The notes below the pieces were generated by a model. It had not been told where the DNA came from, ran no database searches, and saw only the letters and a program-made list of their open reading frames with translations. A DNA stretch of 62,298 nt from IMG/VR virus record IMGVR_UViG_3300012928_000004, positions 1 through 62,298 of that record, one strand, 5' to 3'. A program made the translations under genes and the position numbers. The DNA comes from a virus (taxonomy: Duplodnaviria; Caudoviricetes). This document shows positions 37,733 through 46,892 of this stretch, piece after piece (the first letter of the stretch is position 1; every line of letters starts with the position of its first letter).

Positions 37733-38085
37733 GTAACGATTTTTTCAAAAGCGATGTGGTCCAAGAAGAATTGGAAGACATTCAATCAACATACACAGAC
37801 CTGCTGAAGATGTCGGCAGGTCTTTCTACGTTTAGTCCTGCAGAGAGACTGGACCATATCAATAAGACACTAGAGTTGATTGCTAAACAAAAGGTATTCT
37901 ATTCACGTCTTGCTCTAGCATCCCATGGTATTGATGAAGAGGATGAGGATGCAGCATTCGTAAAGGATAAGATTGACACGCTTTCAACACAATACTCTGG
38001 TGGAATGAATCTTATGGTGATTTTACAGTCGATGGAAGATAAATTAATGGTATGGAAGAAGGAGTTAACTGATGCCGAATCCTAA
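37729..38085 (+). CDS. DUF1825-like hypothetical protein
   Basis: FFKSDVVQEEL...KQKVFYSRL; between gp33 and gp32. Confidence 0.65.
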   Translation: MSNDFFKSDVVQEELEDIQSTYTDLLKMSAGLSTFSPAERLDHINKTLELIAKQKVFYSRLALASHGIDEEDEDAAFVKDKIDTLSTQYSGGMNLMVILQSMEDKLMVWKKELTDAES

Positions 38086-38221
38086 TGCTTTATGGGAAGA
38101 CATGCAAAAACTGAATGATTTATATGAGGAATTGTTATGGGATGCTGACGACGAGTTGCACATCCACCACGATGGCAAGCGAGTCATCATTGAAAACAAA
38201 ACCAAGAGACGGACCTCTTGA
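38072..38221 (+). CDS. Small hypothetical protein (49 aa)
   Basis: MPNPNALWEDMQKLNDLYEELLWDADDEL... Confidence 0.6.
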   Translation: MPNPNALWEDMQKLNDLYEELLWDADDELHIHHDGKRVIIENKTKRRTS

Positions 38222-38246
38222 CACACCTAAATAACAGTGCTACCAT
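38218..38246 (+). promoter_or_regulatory. Sigma70 promoter with nested late TAAATA for gp32
   Basis: TTGACA, 17 bp, TACCAT; TAAATA at 38228-33. Confidence 0.65.
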
Positions 38247-38293
38247 GATACGGTGGCAAATACAACCACAATACACAACGGAGAAACACTAAC

Positions 38294-39223
38294 ATGTCAT
38301 TCGCATCTCTCAAGTCCAAGTCTGGGTCATTTGATAAACTGACTCAGCAGATTGAAAAGATGTCCAAACCTAAAGGTGCAGGACCTGATGAAAGACTCTG
38401 GAAACCTGGAGTAGATAAGTCTGGTAATGGATATGCCGTAATCCGATTCCTGCCTGAGCCTGACGGTGAAGACCTGCCATGGGCACAAGTCTTCTCTCAT
38501 GCTTTCCAAGGTAACGGAGGATGGTATATTGAAAACAGTCTCACCACTCTCGGTCAAAAGGACCCTGTAGGTGAGTTGAATCGCACCCTCTGGAATAGCG
38601 GTCTGGATTCTGATAAAGAAACTGCTCGTAAGCAGAAGAGGAAACTCTCTTACTACAGCAACATCTATGTGGTCAAGGACCAATTGAATCCTGACAACGA
38701 AGGTAAAGTATTCCTTTACAAATACGGTAAGAAGATTCACGATAAGATTGTGAGTTCTATGCAACCTCAATTTGAGGATGAAGAACCTATCAACCCCTTT
38801 GACCTCTGGAATGGTGCGGACTTCCGTATCAAGATTCAGACCATTGGTGGTTACTGGAATTATGATAAGTCTGACTTCGCTCCTGCTGCTACACTCGGTG
38901 GGTTTGATGATGAAAAACTTGAGTCCATTTGGAAATCACAGTATTCTCTCAAAGAGTTTACTGACCCTGCTAACTTCAAGTCTTACGAGAAACTTGAAGA
39001 GCGTTTGAATATGGTCCTTAACAAGAATGTGAGACCGCAGGTTAGGTCAAACGATGAGTTTGATGGAGAAGATGGAGGGTTTAACGCACCTGACATTACC
39101 AAAACAGAAACTGGCACACGTTTCAACACACCTAGTGGATTCGGTGCTAAAGTAGAAGAAATCAACAAGGCAGACGATGGACCTGACCTTGATTACTTTG
39201 CAAATCTAGCTTCTGAAACCTGA
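38294..39223 (+). CDS. gp32: Single-stranded DNA binding protein gp32
   Basis: DKSGNGYAVIRFLP, WYIENSLTT, YKYGKKI, NYDKS, acidic C-tail. Confidence 0.95.
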   Translation: MSFASLKSKSGSFDKLTQQIEKMSKPKGAGPDERLWKPGVDKSGNGYAVIRFLPEPDGEDLPWAQVFSHAFQGNGGWYIENSLTTLGQKDPVGELNRTLWNSGLDSDKETARKQKRKLSYYSNIYVVKDQLNPDNEGKVFLYKYGKKIHDKIVSSMQPQFEDEEPINPFDLWNGADFRIKIQTIGGYWNYDKSDFAPAATLGGFDDEKLESIWKSQYSLKEFTDPANFKSYEKLEERLNMVLNKNVRPQVRSNDEFDGEDGGFNAPDITKTETGTRFNTPSGFGAKVEEINKADDGPDLDYFANLASET

Positions 39224-39510
39224 TGAAAATTATTGCTCTTTCTCTACTCGCTGCTCTCGCTCTTCCTACCAGTGCTGAGGCACTTACGTGGAAAGAATTC
39301 TGGGAACCGTTTGTAGAGGAGCAGCATACTCATCACTACCACCACCGACCTAGGAAACCTAGGTCGTGTCAGGTGTTAGTCCATAGAAAAATATGGGTGC
39401 CTGGTTACTGGACAGGCAGTTACTATCGTGAAGGATGGTGGGAGCGTAGGACTAGGACTAAGTGGGTCCCATGCCGTCACAAGTATCCCTACGAAAGGTG
39501 GGAATACTAA
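39223..39510 (+). CDS. Secreted His/Arg/Trp-rich hypothetical protein
   Basis: Signal peptide ending AEA; HTHHYHH; WVPGYW. Confidence 0.6.
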   Translation: MKIIALSLLAALALPTSAEALTWKEFWEPFVEEQHTHHYHHRPRKPRSCQVLVHRKIWVPGYWTGSYYREGWWERRTRTKWVPCRHKYPYERWEY

Positions 39511-39608
39511 GGTCATATATTATTTCACTTTCTGTTCACAGAAAGGTCGAAAAAAAATTCGGGGTATTTTTTGACCCACAGGGTTTTTCAACATTTTAAG
39601 AAGGTAAG

Positions 39609-39923
39609 ATGCTCTCAACACAATACCGACTCCGACTGGAGTTTATTTGCAAAAAGATTGCTAATAATGAAGAGGTAAAACTCGAAGATATGGTATGGGC
39701 ACAAAAACTTGCTAAAGTGAATACAACAGCAAATGAGATGTTGAAGATGGCAAGAAGGCAATCTGCTCAAGATATTAAAGAAGGCAGTATGGATGATTTT
39801 ATGAATCGGATGGGACTAGGTGATCCCGACCCATCCAAACATAAAACGGGATTTAGTAATACTGATGAAATTGCTGAATGGTTTCAGCGTGATAAACCCG
39901 AAGATTGGAGGCAACGGGATTAA
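39609..39923 (+). CDS. Conserved cyanophage hypothetical protein
   Basis: MLSTQYRLRLE.IC...GLGDPDPS..K..F..WRQRD. Confidence 0.75.
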   Translation: MLSTQYRLRLEFICKKIANNEEVKLEDMVWAQKLAKVNTTANEMLKMARRQSAQDIKEGSMDDFMNRMGLGDPDPSKHKTGFSNTDEIAEWFQRDKPEDWRQRD

Positions 39924-39925
39924 TT

Positions 39926-40177
39926 ATGTTTAGTGGATTAGCACAACTATGGGATGCTGTCGATTGGCAGGATGTTCCTATTTTTTTTATTAGTCTATTT
40001 GGTCTTTACTGGGGTAAAAACTGGATTGACCTTAGATTTGCTCGTAAGAAAGCACAGATTGTTTATAAAGTCAAAGTAGTGGGAGATTCCCATATTAACG
40101 TGGACCATGCACATATTGATGCAATTGACCATAATCACGTTGAGGGCAAAATTGCCACTCACGAAGAAACATGGTAG
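39926..40177 (+). CDS. Hypothetical membrane protein
   Basis: TM segment and His-rich tail. Confidence 0.55.
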   Translation: MFSGLAQLWDAVDWQDVPIFFISLFGLYWGKNWIDLRFARKKAQIVYKVKVVGDSHINVDHAHIDAIDHNHVEGKIATHEETW

Positions 40178-40362
40178 AGAAGTATAACGGTCCTAAAACA
40201 AAAGAAGAGTTAGACGAGGCATTTCGTGAATTTGCAATAAATAGTCAGTTGGCGAATGTTGCCAAACTTCTCAATGGGGAAGTAAAACACTATATTCTCT
40301 CTAATAGTAGAGGCGAAACTTCTTACAAATTTACCATCGAATACAAAGATGCCGAAAATTGA
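40171..40362 (+). CDS. Hypothetical protein
   Basis: 63-aa ORF. Confidence 0.55.
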   Translation: MVEKYNGPKTKEELDEAFREFAINSQLANVAKLLNGEVKHYILSNSRGETSYKFTIEYKDAEN

Positions 40363-40600
40363 CAGAATCGCAGTAGTTTACACTAATGGCAGTCAAGAGT
40401 GTGAAAGAGTCACTTCTCTTATTAGGTCATTAGGTGGTGAATTCCAAGAATATCGTCTAGACCAACATTTTTCTCAAAGAGCATTTGAGCAGGAATTTGG
40501 TCCAGATGCAGATTACCCTCAAGTAGCAATAGGTGCTAGACATATTGGTAATCTCAAAGAAACACTCCAACAGTTACAACAAGAAGGTATTATTAATTAA
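40349..40600 (+). CDS. Glutaredoxin-fold protein lacking CxxC
   Basis: YTNGSQECER, YPQV, HIGNLKETL. Confidence 0.7.
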   Translation: MPKIDRIAVVYTNGSQECERVTSLIRSLGGEFQEYRLDQHFSQRAFEQEFGPDADYPQVAIGARHIGNLKETLQQLQQEGIIN

Positions 40601-40602
40601 CT

Positions 40603-40800
40603 ATGATAGCTACATTAATACCACATGCTAATTTGCAAGGTGGCGCTGCATTTGCAGTTTTTATTGGTTTTGCAACCATTGTATTAGTTGGGTATGGTAT
40701 ATACTCGACATTTGGACCTGGCGGTAAAGATCTCAAAGATGAAATTGCCGAACATGCTAGAATGCATGAATTGGGTATAGCACACAGTCATAAGAAATGA
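40603..40800 (+). CDS. psbN: PsbN-like protein
   Basis: TM + GYGIYSTFGPGGKDLKDEIAEH, matching PsbN GY.IY..FG.....LRD..EEH; extra HELGIAHSH tail. Confidence 0.75.
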   Translation: MIATLIPHANLQGGAAFAVFIGFATIVLVGYGIYSTFGPGGKDLKDEIAEHARMHELGIAHSHKK

Positions 40801-41021
40801 AGAAAGTTGAAAATTCAGAGCAATTGCTAGAACGCTTTGCCAAACGCACAAAACAACTAATTGCTAGAAAAGCAGAGTTGCAACCAGCATATGTTGAGTA
40901 TGTTAAACTAGAAAAAGACCTAATTCGTCTAGAAGGGTCTAAACAGGCAATTGAATATGCTGCATATGGTAAAATGCCTGGTGATGGCAATCATGATAAG
41001 TTTGCAGACCATAAACCCTAA
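40797..41021 (+). CDS. Hypothetical coiled-coil protein
   Basis: 74-aa ORF. Confidence 0.6.
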   Translation: MKKVENSEQLLERFAKRTKQLIARKAELQPAYVEYVKLEKDLIRLEGSKQAIEYAAYGKMPGDGNHDKFADHKP

Positions 41022-41047
41022 ATAGATAAGTAATAAGTGCAATACCA

Positions 41048-41878
41048 ATGAAGTCATATAGTCAATTCATCTTAGAATACGAGTATATGACTTGTGAAGA
41101 TGAAGAGTTAAAAGAAGGTCTAAGAAAGAGACTAGCGGGTGTTGGTGTTGCTGCAGCATTGGCGGCAGGTGGTGGTATTGCTGACGCAAAGGCAAAAACA
41201 CACACCAGCGGTCATATTAATGTTTCCCATGGGTCACAAGCTGCTAAGGTAACTGATAAGTCTGTTGCAAGTGCTGTAACTAAAGCAATTGACAAACCTG
41301 GCACTGAGCATTCTGCTTCCTCAGAAGTAGGAAAAACCAAAACTACTGTCAGTGGTGGTATCAATGTAAGTGGTAAACTTGGTGGTGGAGATGGTCAGGA
41401 TAAACAAAAAGTGAAGAGGCAGAAGGAAAAGGAGAAAGCTGAGCGTAGGACTCAAAGGAGAGTAGACAAATCTCCAGAAAAACCTGATAAAAAAGCATTT
41501 AATTGGAAGAATGCTAGAAGAGGGTCTGGTCAGGAAGTAAATAAAGAGAAAAATATAAGACATCAGTTTAAGACTAAGACCCGATATGCAGTCCCTACTG
41601 CCACTAAAGGTCATCAGCAACAAGATAAAAAGTTTGGCACCAGTGGTAACAGGACAGCATCTGGACCTAATCAAACAAGTAGGTTTGTAAGGACTGGTGA
41701 TACTCGCTCTGGTGGAGGACAGTATACTAGGACCAGAACTATAGGTGACCCAACAGGATCAGGAAGCACTGGTAATACAGTCAATGCTAATAAATTTAAG
41801 AGACTGTTTGGTAAAGGTGGTAAGTTTAGAAATGTAGACAAGGTGCCCGATAACGTGGGCAAACCATATAAAATGTAA
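41048..41878 (+). CDS. Basic, low-complexity putative internal head protein
   Basis: Late promoter TAAATA 41019-24; N-terminus MKSYSQFILE resembles the T4 capsid targeting sequence. Confidence 0.6.
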   Translation: MKSYSQFILEYEYMTCEDEELKEGLRKRLAGVGVAAALAAGGGIADAKAKTHTSGHINVSHGSQAAKVTDKSVASAVTKAIDKPGTEHSASSEVGKTKTTVSGGINVSGKLGGGDGQDKQKVKRQKEKEKAERRTQRRVDKSPEKPDKKAFNWKNARRGSGQEVNKEKNIRHQFKTKTRYAVPTATKGHQQQDKKFGTSGNRTASGPNQTSRFVRTGDTRSGGGQYTRTRTIGDPTGSGSTGNTVNANKFKRLFGKGGKFRNVDKVPDNVGKPYKM

Positions 41879-41881
41879 ATT

Positions 41882-42058
41882 ATGAAAAGAATTATTGATG
41901 AAGAGAAAAATACTATTTGGTATTATTCTGAAAGTGGATATCCAACCTACATGGCAATTAGTGTCTATAGAAAAAGGTTACCCTCTTATGAGCATTGCAT
42001 AGCAAGTAAAGAAACTTGGCAAAGACTGTGTGAAACCCATAAACCAACTAAACCATGA
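41882..42058 (+). CDS. Small hypothetical protein (58 aa)
   Basis: MKRIIDEEKNTIWYYSESGYPT...; ATGA overlap with next gene. Confidence 0.5.
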   Translation: MKRIIDEEKNTIWYYSESGYPTYMAISVYRKRLPSYEHCIASKETWQRLCETHKPTKP

Positions 42059-42303
42059 AAATTACTCCTCAAACGTATATTGATATGAATAAAGAGTTGG
42101 AGGAGGACGGCACTATGCTAAGAATTACTGTCCCAACTCAAGAGCAAATTGACAAGTGGCAGGAAGAATCAAAGAATGCACCGTACATAGAAACGCCACC
42201 TCAAAGAGATATGGTGGCGGAAATGTGGGAAAAGATAGGTATATATACTGCCGAAGAAAGGGAAGCATATAAAAACAAACATCATATTGATAGACAAAAA
42301 TGA
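42055..42303 (+). CDS. Hypothetical protein
   Basis: 82-aa ORF. Confidence 0.6.
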   Translation: MKITPQTYIDMNKELEEDGTMLRITVPTQEQIDKWQEESKNAPYIETPPQRDMVAEMWEKIGIYTAEEREAYKNKHHIDRQK

Positions 42304-42497
42304 GAGAGCTTAAGGAATATGATTTTGGGGGTAGACCTCAAAGTGCTATTAATCTCTGTTGTCTTATCAGTGAAATGGAAGGCACATATCAACATCTTAA
42401 ATACATGGGATTTAAGGAAGATATGGAAACCATGGAAGAAATGAAGAAGAGATACTATAAACTCTACTTCAAAAAGAAAAAGGAAGAGAAGGGTTAG
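42300..42497 (+). CDS. Hypothetical protein
   Basis: LISEMEGTYQHLKYMGF..DM...KKRYYKLYF. Confidence 0.65.
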   Translation: MRELKEYDFGGRPQSAINLCCLISEMEGTYQHLKYMGFKEDMETMEEMKKRYYKLYFKKKKEEKG

Positions 42498-43465
42498 TAA
42501 CCACCACCATATCCACCGCCACTAGAGGAGGAAGAAGAGCTACTGCTGCTAGAGCTACTAGAGGAGGAGCTACTACTGCTAGTAGATTGTCCTTCAGTGT
42601 TGCTGGTGCCGTATTGGTTGGTGGTTGTTATTGTTTCAGTGCCTGCTGCAGAAGTGGTAACTACAGTTGTGCCATCTGCTAACACGTCTCCTGCTTGAAT
42701 AGTTGCTCCCTCGTTGTTGATAGTAATATTTCCATAATCTGCCTCTGAAGCAAACTCGATAGTAGATGTCCGACCAACATTTGTGGAATATGTTGGTTTG
42801 ACTGGAATGAAGTTTTCTTCGACTGCACCTGTGGTCCTCTTATGACCAGTATTGATATCAAGTTCGATGTTGTCCTCGTAACCAACCAATTCCGTAAACT
42901 CATCAACAAATTCTTCTAGATAAGGTTCGCGAAGTATGTATATATTTCTCTTGAATTCATTTTCATTACTCTCATGCTCAAAGTTAGTAACTTCCTTGAC
43001 TACGTGGTCTTTTAGCATCGTAGTGCCATCTGGACGTTTATAAGAGAAACTTTCAGGCACCTGAATACCTTCACGTAGCAATACTACATTCTTTGGACCT
43101 CTAATTTCTCGTGTTTCCCAGTGATGGGTATCCTCTACTTTACCCTTACCATACTTACGCTCACAGTAATCATATAACTCATGCTCTGACATAGGCCATT
43201 CTGAGTAGATATTAGTAATATTGTTAGTAATCAATATAACCCAATCAAACTTAGGGTCATTATAAAATTGCTCAGCAATTTGGTCAGGTCTCTCCTGATT
43301 CTTAATAGTATATTGAGTAAATCCTGTTACTAAAAACTCTATATCATCACGAATTTTAATTCTGCGAAAGATATTTTTCGCTAAAACATACGGGTCATTA
43401 TTGTTTGTCCTATATGTTTGAGTCCTAACGTATACGTCAGGTAGATATGTGAAGTAATTAGACAT
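42494..43465 (-). CDS. gp53: Baseplate wedge protein gp53
   Basis: YFTYLP, KNIFRR, ERPDQIA..FY....DWVILITN, EWP; Ser/Gly-rich tail. Confidence 0.88.
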   Translation of the reverse strand: MSNYFTYLPDVYVRTQTYRTNNNDPYVLAKNIFRRIKIRDDIEFLVTGFTQYTIKNQERPDQIAEQFYNDPKFDWVILITNNITNIYSEWPMSEHELYDYCERKYGKGKVEDTHHWETREIRGPKNVVLLREGIQVPESFSYKRPDGTTMLKDHVVKEVTNFEHESNENEFKRNIYILREPYLEEFVDEFTELVGYEDNIELDINTGHKRTTGAVEENFIPVKPTYSTNVGRTSTIEFASEADYGNITINNEGATIQAGDVLADGTTVVTTSAAGTETITTTNQYGTSNTEGQSTSSSSSSSSSSSSSSSSSSSSGGGYGGGY

Positions 43466-44498
43466 TTGGATTTATATCGGTAGACTTGAGAGGTTTGCCT
43501 TTGGCATTGAAACCATAACTCTCGCGAGTGAGGAAAGAAGTTTCTTTGAATGCTAATTGCATAGAGTATGCAATAGGACCATAATCATAGTCATCATATA
43601 ATTTATCTTGTGTTTGTAGAGACGAATAATTCCCGTAAGGGGACATATCAAGCTCCATATTCACCAATACCATTTTTGCTGGGAATTGCATCAGTTTTTG
43701 CAATACACCATCACTTCTACCACCTTTCTGGGGTTTTAATTGCTCACTGTCACCTTTACTCACATACCTTACAATCTCCATACGGAAATAGTCTGGAATT
43801 GTTAAAAAGTTGTCACCACTCGTTGCTGGTAACATAGCAATACGAAAGGATTCAATAATATCAACGATTGTTTGCACATCCCTCGCATTCTTGGGTGCAA
43901 ACATGAAGTCAAATCTGTGGTCTCTAAATTCCATCCCTTGAAAGATAGTCTCTTCATAAGGGTTGAATACTTTACCTGTAGTTAATGCTGCAAGGTCATT
44001 GGGATTTAAGCTACCACTACCACCAGTTAGACCAACAACAGTGTTGATTGCTTGTGCACCAAGACTGTATCCTAGTTGTGGTTTTGCAGACTGTGCCATT
44101 TTTTTGACTTGCTCGCCAAACCCTTCACCTATACCACCACCAGCAATAGCATCAGAAGCAGCACCGACAGCTTGACTTCCTACTGGTCCTAAACTAACAC
44201 CATTATACTTTGCTTGATAACCTTCTCTAAGTTTATTGGGCAGATATAGGTAAATAGATTGTTTAATTTTATCACTACTACCTCTAGCTGACTTCCTCTG
44301 TTGGGGCGTCGTTCCCTTATATTTTTTGCCTATATTATTGTAACTGCTGTTATTTCCCTCCTTTGGGTCATAAATACTTATTTTAAGATAATCAACAACT
44401 TCTGTGCCATGTGCATTCTTTTTACGAATTGCACCTGCACTATTTGTTGAGAATGGTCCTAAAGGTTTAGTCCTAGGATATACTAGATTTTGTGCCAT
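43458..44498 (-). CDS. gp48: Baseplate tail-tube cap gp48
   Basis: IYLYLP, NPYEETIFQG..FR..F.F.FAPKN; synteny with gp53. Confidence 0.8.
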   Translation of the reverse strand: MAQNLVYPRTKPLGPFSTNSAGAIRKKNAHGTEVVDYLKISIYDPKEGNNSSYNNIGKKYKGTTPQQRKSARGSSDKIKQSIYLYLPNKLREGYQAKYNGVSLGPVGSQAVGAASDAIAGGGIGEGFGEQVKKMAQSAKPQLGYSLGAQAINTVVGLTGGSGSLNPNDLAALTTGKVFNPYEETIFQGMEFRDHRFDFMFAPKNARDVQTIVDIIESFRIAMLPATSGDNFLTIPDYFRMEIVRYVSKGDSEQLKPQKGGRSDGVLQKLMQFPAKMVLVNMELDMSPYGNYSSLQTQDKLYDDYDYGPIAYSMQLAFKETSFLTRESYGFNAKGKPLKSTDINPNV

Positions 44499-44931
44499 GA
44501 GTTATTCGGGAAAGTATAGACCAACCAATAGAGGAAAGTATAAGGGCGACCCTACAAATATTATTTATAGGAGTTTGTGGGAAAAAAAGTTTATGGTCTG
44601 GTGTGATAAGAATGAAAACGTCATAGAGTGGGGAAGTGAAGAGATTATCATTCCATACATTAGTCCTGTTGATCGTAGGGTACACCGCTATTTCCCCGAT
44701 TTCTACGTTAGAGCACGGACTAGAAACGGCAGGTTTGAGAAGTACATTATTGAGGTTAAACCGAAGGCACAGTGTGCACCGCCCAAGAGACCCAAAAGGC
44801 AGACTCGTAAATACATAACGGAGGTAAAGACTTACGGTGTCAATCAGGCAAAATGGAAAGCAGCGACTGAATACTGTAAAGACCGTAACATGAAATTTCT
44901 CATTCTCACAGAAAAGGAGTTAAACGTGTGA
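44497..44931 (+). CDS. gp4: Head completion nuclease gp4
   Basis: KYKGD..NIIYRSLWE, WGSEE, RYFPDF, IEVKP, NQAKW. Confidence 0.92.
   Translation: MSYSGKYRPTNRGKYKGDPTNIIYRSLWEKKFMVWCDKNENVIEWGSEEIIIPYISPVDRRVHRYFPDFYVRARTRNGRFEKYIIEVKPKAQCAPPKRPKRQTRKYITEVKTYGVNQAKWKAATEYCKDRNMKFLILTEKELNV
44541..44548 (-). promoter_or_regulatory. Late promoter for gp48/gp53 inside gp4
   Basis: TATAAATA on the minus strand ~43 nt upstream of the gp48 ATG. Confidence 0.65.
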
Positions 44932-45398
44932 GTATATTCTCAGATGTTAAAGACCTTGCAGGAGGCAAGAAACAGTCAAAAGAGTGGTATCGCAGTCAAC
45001 TCATGTGGGGACTGGAGTCATACGATGGTGCATTTGCGCCAGGTGATATCATTTTCTATGGTTATGGTGCTGCAACTCCAAAACTACCTTACTATGACAG
45101 ATATCCTATGACACTGATAACTGATGTTGACTATCAGAATCTGCAATTCTCTGGTGGTAACATACATTATCTAAGACCTAGCACACAGGTATCCGTTGCT
45201 AGCACATGGTCTTCTGGTGCTATTACATATCCTTCCCGCTGCCATCATAAATACTTTATGTCTAATGCTAGCAATATAATGAAAGTGCCGAAGGAGTATC
45301 TAAATAACTATACTCCGCTGCCTGTTGAGCAATTTTTGCTTAATGCTGCAGGTCGGTATATCGAGGTCCCTAGCTCTTTTATATGGGGTAAACTATAA
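44928..45398 (+). CDS. gp2: DNA end protector gp2
   Basis: KLPYYDRYP...GGNIHYL; follows gp4. Confidence 0.75.
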   Translation: MSIFSDVKDLAGGKKQSKEWYRSQLMWGLESYDGAFAPGDIIFYGYGAATPKLPYYDRYPMTLITDVDYQNLQFSGGNIHYLRPSTQVSVASTWSSGAITYPSRCHHKYFMSNASNIMKVPKEYLNNYTPLPVEQFLLNAAGRYIEVPSSFIWGKL

Positions 45399-46157
45399 AT
45401 GGCTGCTAATAATTTCTTAGACTTTAAGGAGTTAGTAACTTCAGGTAAGTATGAACCGTCTCGCTCTAACCTGTTTAGCGTGATGCTTGCTGTGCCACCT
45501 TGCGTTTATTTCAATGATAATAAGTGGCAGGGTAGTGAAGACCGAAGATCTAAGGCAACTAAATCTCATTATGAAGCTATTAACTATCTTGCTAATAGTG
45601 TAACAGTGCCAGGTAGGCGTATCACTACTAGCACAGTTAGAGACATCGGTGCACCACGTAAGTTTGCCACTGATACCGCATTTGGTGACACTCAGATTGA
45701 GTTTATTGTCACTAAAGACATGTATCATAGGTCATTCTTTGAGAATTGGATGCAATATACAGCAACGGACGCTGAGAATCGTGCTGGATTCTATGATGAA
45801 TACACGACCGACTTGATTATAACTAAATGGGAGACAGGTACAAACGTTGTATACAGGCACCCTGCTAATAAATTCAGGGGCGAGCAGTATAGTAGACTCA
45901 ATCGTACTTCTGCTGTATGGTACATGTATGGTGCTTTCCCATATGATATGTCTGAATTGACATTCAATAACGGTCCAACTGAATTAGTTAAATTGAATAT
46001 CTCTTTCCACTTTGAAAGATATAGATTTGACACTATCGGTGGTCAAGGCATCAAATTTGGTGCTAAAAAAGACAAAATCATCGACGATACGTCAGATGTT
46101 CTTGGACACCTTGGATTTGCACCTGCACAGTCAGATGTCTTCCGAGTTGGTGTCTAA
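45399..46157 (+). CDS. gp54: Tail-tube-like baseplate protein (gp54-like)
   Basis: SRSNLF, V.VPGR, FFENW, AFP motifs of the gp19/gp54 fold; synteny. Confidence 0.65.
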   Translation: MAANNFLDFKELVTSGKYEPSRSNLFSVMLAVPPCVYFNDNKWQGSEDRRSKATKSHYEAINYLANSVTVPGRRITTSTVRDIGAPRKFATDTAFGDTQIEFIVTKDMYHRSFFENWMQYTATDAENRAGFYDEYTTDLIITKWETGTNVVYRHPANKFRGEQYSRLNRTSAVWYMYGAFPYDMSELTFNNGPTELVKLNISFHFERYRFDTIGGQGIKFGAKKDKIIDDTSDVLGHLGFAPAQSDVFRVGV

Positions 46158-46182
46158 ATAAATGTAATAGTTATGGAGTATT

Positions 46183-46887
46183 ATGCCCTTACCTAAGCTC
46201 GCTATCCCCGAGTACGAGATGACCCTGCCTGTAACAGGCACAGAAGTGACTTACCGTCCATTCCTCGTTAAAGAAGAAAAACTGCTCTACCTTGCTATGG
46301 AGTCGAAAGACAACAAGCAAATGATTAAGGCAGTTAAGACCATTATTAAGAATTGCACTAATCTTAAGAGTAAGGTTGAAGACCTTGCAACTTTTGAGAT
46401 TGAGTTTATCTTCCTTCGCATTCGTGCTAAGGCAGTTGGTGAAGTCAGTGAATTTAAGATTACTGCACCAGATGATGATAAGACTACTATTTCTGTAGAG
46501 GTACCTCTGCAAGAGGTAGATGTGCTAATTCCTGAAGGACACGAGAGAAAGATTCAACTTGATAAAGAAGTTGGAGTTGTGATGAAGTATCCATCATTGG
46601 ATGCATTTATCCAACAAAACATGAGTGATAATCCTACAGTTGATGACATCTTTGAGATGGCAGCAGCATGTATTGAGCAAGTTTATGACACTGATGAGGT
46701 GTATGACAATTTCTCACATAAAGAAGCACTTGAGTTTCTTGAGAATTTGAATTCGGACCAATTTGCAAAAGTCCAAGCATTTTTTGAGACAATGCCTAAA
46801 CTCTCTTATACTTTGGAAGTATATAATCCAAAGACTAAGGTAAAGAGTGAAGTTGTCCTTGAAGGGCTTGCAAGTTTTTTCGAGTAG
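46183..46887 (+). CDS. gp26: Baseplate hub assembly protein (gp26-like)
   Basis: MPLPK, YRPFLVKEEK, IRAKAVGE, FFETMPKL, EGLASFF. Confidence 0.85.
   Translation: MPLPKLAIPEYEMTLPVTGTEVTYRPFLVKEEKLLYLAMESKDNKQMIKAVKTIIKNCTNLKSKVEDLATFEIEFIFLRIRAKAVGEVSEFKITAPDDDKTTISVEVPLQEVDVLIPEGHERKIQLDKEVGVVMKYPSLDAFIQQNMSDNPTVDDIFEMAAACIEQVYDTDEVYDNFSHKEALEFLENLNSDQFAKVQAFFETMPKLSYTLEVYNPKTKVKSEVVLEGLASFFE
46875..46881 (+). other. Candidate -1 ribosomal frameshift site T_TTT_TTC
   Basis: In-frame X_XXY_YYZ heptamer just before the gp26 stop; -1 frame is open into the gp51 ORF. Confidence 0.65.
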
Positions 46888-46892
46888 CCCTA

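Noticed and set aside
42497-42590. Ser/Gly low-complexity repeat at the gp53 C-terminus
   Set aside because: Mixed codons encoding a disordered tail; not a DNA-level array
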